The notes under the pieces: model-generated | Database searches by the model: none | Told to the model about the DNA's origin: nothing | What the model saw: the letters and a program-made list of their open reading frames with translations, nothing else | Part shown: one piece after another, positions 1 to 10,700 of the stretch | Layout of the letters: every line of letters begins with the position of its first letter | How positions within the stretch are numbered: the stretch's first letter is position 1 | Source of the DNA: Octopus vulgaris | Lineage: Eukaryota | NCBI GenBank assembly: GCA_951406725.2 | Contig: OX597814.1 | Coordinates: forward strand, 148,056,001-148,120,000 | DNA length: 64,000 bases | Direction: 5' to 3' | Position numbers and translations under genes: made by a program

Positions 1-158
1 ATCCTAGCCAAATATACAAACTATCGACTAGCAAAACAAAGCAAGCAACAGGATGTAAACCCAAACTACACTTACGAAAAAAAATCCTAGAGTAATACGA
101 AGATGTTATTAGCAGACATTTTTTATTAGAGATTTCGTCTATGAGAATAATCATAAGC

Positions 159-194
<36 letters not shown>

Positions 195-1998
195 CATACA
201 TACATACATACATACATACATACATGAGCCATCGAAAAATGGTTAGAAAGATAAAAATCTCACGATAAACTAGCGCCTACAATGGAAAACGTATGATGAG
301 TGAGCATTTTTGGACACATACATACTTATGGAGATGGTCTTATCTGTAGAGAAAAAAACATTCTGGAGAGATTGTAAATGTTTGTAGCACCACGAAGAAA
401 CGCAAGTATACCATACATAGTGTTTAATATGTAAAAAATCTTGTAGATGCAGAGAAAAAAAAAGATGTTCTGTTTTATTAATCCATATTTTTTAGAAGAT
501 AATGTATCCATTGCTTTTCTGTGCGATATTAACACATTTCAGTAACATAAATATTAGACTGAAAATTGACAGACGTACTATCATGTAATGATAACATTTC
601 CCTTGCATATAGATGTCTTTAAGATTTATGTTGGGGAGGTCAGAGAAGACAGAAATTCAAAAGTGAAAGTTGATATGAATTCATTTTCAAAAAATGCACA
701 AAAACCGCTGGGAAAATAATACAATCTACGAAAGCCTGTGACGTTATGCTAGATAATGTGAGTGACACCTGAATTTGACCAACAACTTGAGAATTAACAC
801 TAAAGACAAAGAATTCTGATAATAAAAACTCACAAAAGATAAATATAACCTTATTCCGGAAACCACTGCAGGCTGCTGCAACAGACAGCTATATGTGTTG
901 AAGATAAAAAAGAGAGCAACGAACTTTAAATCGGTTCCAAATGAAAACAGAAAGTGTGGAGAGGAGGAACTAAATACTGAAAGCCAGAGTCATTCACGCA
1001 AGTCATCGATTGGTACTTAATTTTATCAGTCTTCAAGGGATAAAAATTACTCTAACCAGGATTGAGTTTGAATTCGAAATCACAACGTACAGATTTGAAA
1101 GACATACTATAGAACATTATATTCTGTTTAGTCAACACTCTCACCAACAGTAATAACGATTCGTTCTATATTTACCACAAGGCTGACATGCTAGAAGGGT
1201 TACATTACAAAACGGAATATAAAAATGCTTCTTTATACAGCAACAAATGCTGTGTATGTGTGTGCTTAACTAATGATAATATGAGTTGCAATAATTGAGT
1301 GAGACACTTAGAAAGAGAACCTTACCTGAATTTGAGCTCAGAATCTTGATAGGCTCAATTGTAAGCTGAAATCTCAATCAAGTCTCAAAACATAATACAC
1401 CGCAAGTAAATACGGCACGGCCTCTTATCTCACGTTCTGAGGACTTAACCAGTCCAGATGATTTCAAATCTAATGGTTATTAATAACAGACAGTATTAAA
1501 CTTGTATATTCATTTCATACAATAGTGAATAGTATGCAGATGTAATAGAATTTTTGTAGTTCGAAGTACTTTGATTGCTGATTATATCTTTTAGATTTAG
1601 TACTATATATCTCAGTCAATGTAGATTTTAGATTTAAGATATATATCTTATTCAATGTATTACACTATTTGTTATCGATTCTTTTCAGGATTTTGTTCCT
1701 ATATTCTAACTCCAAATTACATTAAGAATCATATCAAAACATATTGAAGCACCAGAAAAGACCGTATTCTAAATACAATTCCGAAGCGAAAATGAGGAAC
1801 TGAATTTGCTGTATGTGTGCGTACGCATATATGCGCGCGCGCAATCACACACGTTATATATATATATATATATATATATATGGGAGCAAACAAGTGGGTG
1901 AATTCACACATATAGGGGTAAACAAGTGTGTATACAAACATCCATACACACACATTACATATATATATTACATATATATATACTGAGATATATCTATA

Positions 1999-2053
<55 letters not shown>

Positions 2054-3559
2054 CGAGAGAGAGAGAGAGAGACAGAGAGAGAGACAGAGACAGAGAGAGA
2101 GAGAGAGAAAGCGAGAGAGAAAGCGACATGGCCTCAAGTGGAAAATGAATAATTTTAGTTCAGATAGAAATATTCTCTCCATATGGAAAGGAAAATCAGA
2201 TAGATTTGCAATAATGTTGTTCAACAAAACTTGAACACCTATTTTTGTCAATAATCAGCCCTAAGTTTACTGTGACATTCTGCAGATATAGGCCGATTAG
2301 ATTCACTCTTATATTTCTCTTTCTTCACACATTCTCCTATACAAAGAAAAATGTTAAAAAATTCCTTCTGTTTATCTTGTCTGTACCTAAAGTAATTTTT
2401 CTGTCATAGTTGACACAGTTCTATTCTCACTCGCTCACTGATTCCAATTTTAATAATTGTATCTATTCCCCATACGCACACACAAGTACGTGCATATAAT
2501 CCCTTTGGCTTCCGCACTGTTCGCATCTTTCTAATTCCATTTAGATTATATTGTTCAAATCGTGCCTACTGAAGAAGGCCTGGGTTTCGGGTGCCACGTA
2601 GTGAGCGCAAATCAGTGATCATTCTTTTTCGAAGTGAACATCCTAACCACATGACTAAAACTGTACTATTACGTTATTAAACAACAGAAAATCCGATATT
2701 ATGTCATGTAGTCTATGTGTGTCTCTACACCATCTACACTGAAGTTTCTTCACGAAAACCTGCTGTATATAACATCATCAATCTCTTTACCATTCTCCCT
2801 TCACTTCTTCACCCTTAACCAATAAATAAATAAATAATACACGGTTTCCGGTTGTATTCAAAGTCAGTCATATTCAACGGAAGAGACGGTTAGTAGAGAA
2901 CGAAAAAAATAAGAACCTGCATAAAGTATATAGAAATAAGTACGAAGTATTTTTACATAGGGTTTTTCTTATTATTCTTGCTTTTTACTTACTGACACAT
3001 GTCAAAGCAAATAAGGTTGGTATCATTTCACGAAACATCGAAAATCAAAAAACGCTCTTCGGCACAAATAGGAAAATTGAATCCCTTGAGGGAACTCCCG
3101 GGGCTTTCTTTCTTCCACTTTATTTTTCTTTCGCTGATAAGACATTCAAACACATTTGATTTGTAGCTGTTGCTTTTGTTCATTTTACTGATTTATTTTA
3201 CTTAGTGAAGAACGGCTGGAGGTATAAGGAAAGAGGGATACCGTTGTTTTTTCTATTTGTACATTCTCGAATAGTTTGTCCTACATATATATATATAGGA
3301 TTACATACGGAGTCACGCATATATATATATATATATATATAGTAGAAATATGTTACGAAAAGAAAATATAAAATACACGTGGAAATGTAAGGGTAAAATA
3401 TGAAAAATCAACGAAAATGCATATTGCAGATAGCAAAAGGCTATTTATGACATGTAGTGACAAATATATACATTTAGATTGACTGAGATAGTAATACGAG
3501 TCATAAAGGTCATTATTATGAGATGATTATAAGATGTTAATAATAATAAAATGTGACCT

Positions 3560-3760
3560 CGTGTGTACCGTTGGCGATTTTTTTCCCTCTGTCTTCCCTT
3601 CTCTGGATCTTTCCTTCTCCTATGTTTCCGACGAAGAGCTCCACTCGAAACGTTAAACCCTCCTTCTTTCCTTCTTTCCTGAGCGTCCAATAATACTATA
3701 TTTGTTCCACGTCCTCGCGTTGTTGTGTTGTTTTGTGCTTTCTTGTTTGGATTAACTATA
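3560..3760 (+). mobile_element. ~200-bp repeat with minimal hammerhead (Penelope pLTR-like family 1), copy 1
   Basis: Matches 26805-27016 and the reverse complement of 54830-55022; HHR gttt-CCGACGA-a-gagc-tcc-actc-GAAA-CGTT-aaac at 3624-3658; 3' end runs into (TA)n. Confidence 0.8.
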
Positions 3761-4667
3761 TATATACAAGCTCGCATAAAAAAAACTAGCATGCAGTCAC
3801 ATTTACAAAATCCATATATATGGTGACACATAAAATTCTGTATATAGTTACATAGCCAAACACTGAAACACAATGGAGCCTCTTCCATTCTGAGTTCAAG
3901 GAACAAAACCGCGCTGGTAGTGGTCCAACAGATTTACGATCCGGTTATTGTAAACTGAGGTGGCGGTAGCTGGCATCGATTACGTGTATAGAGAATCTGT
4001 TGAAATATGCACAAAAAGATAAAAAAAGTATTTCGTTTGCACTACATGTAGCTTTGATTTACCTCCAGAGAACCAACAATATCGTATTTGTTACTTTATC
4101 CTTGCTGTGAAACATATTTGTTTACTAATCTCTCAGTGCGACATGTTTTACTTCGCGCAACCACACATATTTACAGTCTGGTGACAATTTAGAGAATTTT
4201 CCCGGAATACGAAACAAGACTCAGTAATGTCGTAGAGATTTTCATGTAAAAGAATATACTTTTGAACGGTGAATCATAAAGTAATTCACTCCTAATTACT
4301 CTCAAATGACCTCGTTGTAAGTACAAGTATCCATACACGACTTCTCGTCTATTTTTCAGTTCAGATTCCGTTAATTTCGAGTTTATTATTCCTTATTCCG
4401 ACGCCGCTACTATAAATATCACGCTAATTAAAAGAGCAGTTTGCCAGTTGATAAAACAGCTGGAAATTCATATAAAGAAACGTGAGTGAAAATCCATAAC
4501 ACAAAATCATACTAGCAAGCTTTGCGCAAACAGTATTTCTATACATATTTAGATGCTTATATACATTTTAAATATGCATATACATACATTCGTTTATATA
4601 TATGTGTGTGTATCTATGTATGTAATGTACATTCATATATACATAGATATATGTGTATGACTACATA

Positions 4668-4893
4668 CAGAGTGGTTCAAAAGGAGGTTAGCAGGTGTAT
4701 ATTTTTATTGTAAAAGTAGGCCTGGACCTGTGAAAAGGTGTGTGTCACAGTGAAGCCGATAGACTATAAGAATGTGTCAATGTTCAGGGCGGACATTTTG
4801 AGCATTTACGGGACTAATATTGTGCAATGCTTTTTAAATAATATCATAAAATATACAACTATACAACTGTAAGCCTACTTTTGCACCAGCCTG
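4668..4893. mobile_element. Tc1/mariner-derived MITE / internal deletion derivative
   Basis: Imperfect ~30-bp TIRs (cagagtggttcaaaaggaggttagcagg / actgtaagcctacttttgcaccagcctg), TA on both sides, internal ggcggacattttgagcat (GGHFEH transposase C-terminus). Confidence 0.65.
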
Positions 4894-4949
4894 TATACTC
4901 ATAAACTTATACATTATGCTCACACATACAAATATATATATATATAAAT

Positions 4950-5300
4950 CCCTAGATGGTACTTTCAACGGTTTTTTCTCAGTGTTGTTGAGATGAATTT
5001 GGCTCTTTATAGCATTGAAGATAACCTTAAGGACCAAGTTGTGCCTCCATGTATACCTGTTCAATGCTAATGAACAGTTGGAAAGAATATGTTTTAGTGT
5101 ACCGACCTTTCCACATTTGCAGATGTCATTCTCTGAGACGTTCCATCTTACTAGATTCATAGGTGATGGCAAAACATCATAAAATGAACGAATCAGGAAA
5201 CTCAGCCGAGATGTCGTCCACTTCCACATCTCATCCCAACTTATCTTCCTCTCAACAACATGTTCTTCCCATCTCGTCATCTGACCATGATGAACACATA
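4950..5300 (-). mobile_element. Fragment of RLE-type non-LTR retrotransposon (HERO-like), zinc-knuckle region
   Basis: Translation SFLIRSFYDVLPSPMNLVRW...CKCGKVGTLKHILSNCSLALNRYTWRHNLVL (CCHC plus RHN motif). Confidence 0.8.
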
Positions 5301-5568
5301 CTTTCGGTTCGAACAGTTTTTTTTATAGGGCTCCGTTTTTACAATCCTGTAAATAATAATGATTTTTTATATAAGATTTAAGCTTATATATATATATACA
5401 AGTATATATGAGTTAGAGGTTAGACAACCATCTAATGGATAATAAATATTCAGTGTGCTACTGGATAGATATCTATTTATATTCAAAAGTTTACCGTTGC
5501 AAGTACAGTTGAACAATAGGTACAAGTGGAGTAAACAAAAGTTTATCCAGAATTTATATAAGGCAATT

Positions 5569-6130
5569 AAGAAAATGGAGAAGAGATTCAATTAACAATC
5601 ATCAGTAAGTTTTATTTATTATAATCATAAGAATAAATAAATAAATAAATAAATACAACTCCACTCTTACATCTGTTTCCACTTTGGGGTTCCAGAATGC
5701 TAAAATTGACATATCATACAAAAATTGAACTCCAAAGTTTCATCAGAGGGTCAGTAAGTCCATAATGGTAAGGATACGAGGTAATAAGTGAAAACGTAAA
5801 ATAGAAAAACCCAAAGCTGTATTCAGAAGTTGTGAGATCACATCTGATTACAATTTGATGGACGAGATTATCTCTTCCATCAAATTGCAACAAGATGTGA
5901 TCTCACAACTTCTGAATATAGGCTTGGACCTTCCTTTTTCACTTTTTACCTTGTATCCTTACCATTATGGACTTACTGACGCTCTGATGAAACTTTGGAC
6001 TTTAATCGTTATATCTGTCAGCTTTAGCATACTGGAAGTCCAAAGTAGGAAGTTGTATTTATTTATTCCTATGATTATAATAAATACATCTTACTGATGT
6101 TTGTCAATTGAATCTCTTCTCCATTTTCTT
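5569..6130. repeat. ~560-bp imperfect palindrome made of two diverged HHR-bearing arms (pLTR-like family 2)
   Basis: aagaaaatggagaagagattcaatt ... aattgaatctcttctccattttctt, centre near 5868; arms alignable throughout with indels. Confidence 0.9.
5663..5751 (-). ncRNA. Type I hammerhead ribozyme with extended stem II (putative)
   Basis: Minus strand: accct-CTGATGA-a-actttgg...ccaaagt-g-GAAAC-agat-GTA-agagt. Confidence 0.65.
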
Positions 6131-6135
6131 TCTTG

Positions 6136-6194
<59 letters not shown>

Positions 6195-7275
6195 CATGGA
6201 TTCATGCACACATGTATACATACACCCATGAAACACACTCACGTATTCTTATATACAGGTATGCAAGTAAGACACTCAAGAGCTATCACGCTTTCTCAGC
6301 GTTTGACTGCAGCCGAATTCAAACGCGTTTTCTCCAACAAAATCTGCAACCGTACTACCTCAAAATCTACACGATGAATGAACTGCCAAATATGTTCGGT
6401 TATTCCGTCGATATATTGGCTTGGCATATACCACTTATTGTCGATTTTGGATTTTGACTTTCATGTCCGATATTTAGTTGGTTCTGTTCTGCTTTTGATT
6501 TTATTAACTATTTTTTTTTGTTTTTATACTGACTATGTATTTTTTTTCTTTCCTTTCTATCATTCGTGTAATGTATTGCAAATAGGCCAAGTAAACTAGC
6601 AAGTATAATGTGAGAGCCATTCATTTTGCGATTCATAATCAATAGTGACTGCCAGTTAAAGATTCCAAGCATGTCATGAGCTTAACATTAAGTATACTTG
6701 TGTTCGAGTCTTCTGATCAACTCACATTCCTTTCCCGTCTTCAGCCATTTACTAGACATTTTTTTATGATTGTGATGTTGGTGTTGCTGGCTGTAAATGA
6801 GTTGATGGTTGATCATCATATATACTCAACAGCAACACTGCTACTCTTAATTCATTTCACCATTTTCCCCCTTTTCCCTTGCATTTCCTTCCTCTTGTCT
6901 TGTCCCCTTTCTCTACCACCACCACCACAAACATCTCCTCCTCCTCCTTCTCTTCTTTTTCTTCTTCTTCTACTTCTTCCTGCGTCATTGTATCGTTTGT
7001 TTCCTCAATACTTCATAAATCTCATTTCACAGTCACCATAACTATGTGTATTATTGCAGTTACTGGGAACATTGAAGGACTTTTTTTTACATTATTACAA
7101 CGACCTAAATTGTAGGCCTGTTCAGATATGCTTGTATTTCAATGTTCAACATTATTACAGTTGTGTTTATATGAAAACAAATCAACTTTATTTATGAATA
7201 TGTGTATCAGTGCATGTGCATTCGTATGTATAGTTGTATACAATTATGCATAAGTATGCATATATCCATATGCTC

Positions 7276-7309
<34 letters not shown>

Positions 7310-7461
7310 GTGCGTGTGTATGCATGAGCTCACACAACATATAAATACATGCACAGCTAAACATTTTATATGCGCCCGTATAAAATGAAATATGCATTCA
7401 TATATATGTACAATGTGTGTGTGTGCGTGTGTGTGACACAGAAAGAGATAGATTGATAGAT

Positions 7462-7514
<53 letters not shown>

Positions 7515-7702
7515 GAGAGACTGTATGCCTTTTGAATATATACAAAATTAGCTAAAAGTGATAGACGAAACCTACAGAATATATAAAGGAGAACCATTCA
7601 AGGTTGTTTTATTCAAGAATATCCATTCTATTGAATTATAATCTGTTTTATTATATTATTTGTCTTGTACTTTTGATTATTATTCATATTTTAACATGAT
7701 CA

Positions 7703-7723
7703 TTTTGTTTCTTTTCATTGCAG
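7703..7723 (+). other. 3' splice acceptor preceding the TLR exon
   Basis: Polypyrimidine tract ttttgtttcttttcattgCAG exactly where intron-like AT-rich sequence gives way to the open frame. Confidence 0.7.
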
Positions 7724-10700
7724 ACTGTAATATCAAACCGTGGACTTTCATGTGGGAAGTTTAGGAACGTCACCATTACAATGTCTTCCGTGAAATCTAG
7801 ATCACAGCGGGCATGCGTAACGATGACGTCTAACTCCGTCTCGCAAATCTCCAGGTGTCATTCCTTGCGTCACTTGGCTGTAGTAGCAGCAGCAACTGCC
7901 ACAAAGCATTTAGAACCGAAGCTAAATTCTCATTCAACACTAAATTCTGCGAGAGAAGAAGCCATGACGCCGACAAAAGCCAAACTAACACCAATATCAT
8001 TATCACAGTTTTCAACATTTTTATTCATACCGCCTCTATTGCCATTCTCCTCTCCATTTAAACCTCCACCGCCAGCAACGCCGACTCAACCCTTACCCCT
8101 TTCTTCTTCTTCTTCTTCTTCTTCTTCTTCTTCTTCTTCTTCTTCTTCTTCTTCTTCTTCTTCTTCTTCTTCTTCTTTTCTTCCTTCTCCTTCTCATTCG
8201 CACCCACCATCTCCTACACTTCACTGTACTTCTTCCTCTTGTTCTTTATCTCCTTCGAATTCTGTAGTAGAAATGACTACGTTTTTCTCGTGTCCATGTT
8301 CTCTGCCTCACTATCTACCACCACCTCCTTCTTCACCCACCACTTCTCGTCTATCGTGCTCTGAGTCGTTACCGCCGTCCTTAATAAAACCACTACTTCC
8401 ACAACCATCTCCTCCACCACAGTCGCCGATATCGGCATCTTCGACGTTAACATCATTATCATCATCGCCGGCGTCTGTTCCTTTTCACTGGATGAGTGTA
8501 CTATTTCTTCTTCTTCTTTTCTCGCATTCAGCGCAACCGTGGGTGACTCAGCCCGAATTTCAGTGTCCTAAACAATGCGAATGCCATAACCTTCGTACTT
8601 CGCAGCTTTCCACTTCAATAGCAGCCCGCTGCCGAATAAATGAAACGATGAGTCGGTATAATTTCAGTGTATTTTCAGCCCCATATATTACTGTCCTGGT
8701 TATACAGTGCCAGGGCAAACCTTTAAAACCCGTTAACAAAATGCTCCGTAATCTTCCTTTTCTCGAAGAACTTGTATTTAAGGATTGTCATTTCAAAAGC
8801 ATTCCTGAATATACACTGTTAGGCTTGAATAACTTGAGAAATTTTAGCATTTTTGGTGCTGATCAGTTGACGTTAACTTCAAACATATTCCACAAAGCGG
8901 TTAAATTGAAAAACCTCGAGATAATACACAGTGGACTTAAAACAATTCCTGTTGATATGCTTTGCAATTCTGTAGATGTTGAATTGCTTACTTTATCGCA
9001 GAATGAATTAACGCACCTGTCAGAATTGAAAAAACTTTGCCAGACTAACACCACCATTTTAGACCAAATAACACGCTTAGATTTGAGTTACAACTTACTC
9101 CAAACAATTCCAGCAGATTTCAGTAAATTATTTTCTGATATGCAAATGGTAAATTTTGTAGGTAACCAAATCGATAACATAGAAGCTGGTAGTGTCAGTG
9201 ATCTTTATTATTTAACAGTTATGGATCTGTCAAAAAATCAAATCCAAAGTTTCCCACGTGACTTTTTAGAAAATTCCATTGGAATACAGCAGCTCGGTAT
9301 CTCACAAAACCCTATCAAAACTATATTCCCATATTTTAAAGATCTTCAAGATTTAGAAGTGTTTGAAGCCGAGCATACTTATTTAGACAATAGTTTCTTC
9401 CGGGAAATTCCTAAAGGGTCTGCATTAACGAATTTAAACTTAGCACATTGCTATATGAGTAAAATAAATAAATCCCTGATGAGTAATTTGAAAAATTTAA
9501 GGCGTCTTGATCTTAAGAGTAATTCAATTTTATCGCTGCCTTCTAATGTATTTTCTTCCAATGAGAAGCTCGAGGTTCTGATATTGTCAAACAATGATAT
9601 TGAGGAACTTTTGGATAATTCCTTACAAGGACTTAGGGCCTTGCGAGAACTCGATATCAGTTACAATAATATATCAGTTATAAATGAAGACGCCTTTCAC
9701 GATCTTCTGGTTATTGAAAAACTTGATTTAAGTTTCAACCAGCTGTATGATATCCCCAATGCTATAACCCCTTTGGACAAAATACAAGAATTGTATTTAG
9801 AGGGAAATTTCATCAGTAAAATTAACAAGAATTCATTCAAGGGTTTAGATTCTATTAATCGAATTGTTTTGTCTAAAAATAGAATTGTCTTTCTTGATGC
9901 CAGTAGTTTTACTCGATGCTTCAATTTACATATTTTAGATTTATCTGAAAACAACATTTCCTTTATACATGAGGACGCGTTCGAAGGTCTACAATTGGTC
10001 GGTGTCAGTTTAGCAAGTAATAAAATTAAAAACATCGGTACAGCGTTATGGAAGCAGCACAATCTAAGCCAGGTTCATTTGCAGGGTAACCTTCTTGAAG
10101 CCATTATGTCGTCCAATTTCCCAGAAAACGTAAAGTTTTTAAACGTTTCGCATAATAGAATTTGGAATGTCCATCCATTTACCTTCTCAAACAAAGATAC
10201 ACTTGTAGAAGTTGACTTACGCCATAACAACATCAGCTTCCTAGCAAATGATGCTATCAGTGTATCCCACAGAGTACGTTCCATTCCCGACGTTTACCTT
10301 ATGGGAAATCCATTCAAATGTGATTGTAACATTGTCTGGCTTAAAAAACTTGCCAATGTAAGGCCAAGGAAAAAAGACGGCCTTCCGTACATTCCGGATT
10401 TGAACGAACTAGAATGTCATGCGGACAATGAAAGTTCAGTACCAACAGGCCGTATGTACGAGGTAAAGGAATCGGATTTTCTCTGCAAATACTTGAAAGA
10501 ATGCTCTCCTGATTGCATCTGCTGCAATTTTGGCATGTGTGACTGCAACAGCATTTGCCCCGAACAATGCAGCTGCTATCGCTCTTATGATCGTAAAGCT
10601 AATATCATCAACTGTATGAACAGCGGACTTAGTGACTCACGTATGTTGCCTTCGAATGCCACCAAAATTTACCTGAGTGGTAATCGTCTTATATCTCTTT

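Noticed and set aside
225-960. Possible ancient RTE-like LINE remnant (similar hints at 17250-18500 and 34140-34700)
   Set aside because: Purine bias and faint motifs only; too degenerate to support by eye
7718-7720. TTG start given by the ORF track for the TLR
   Set aside because: Eukaryotic locus; the TTG lies inside the splice acceptor (ttgCAG)
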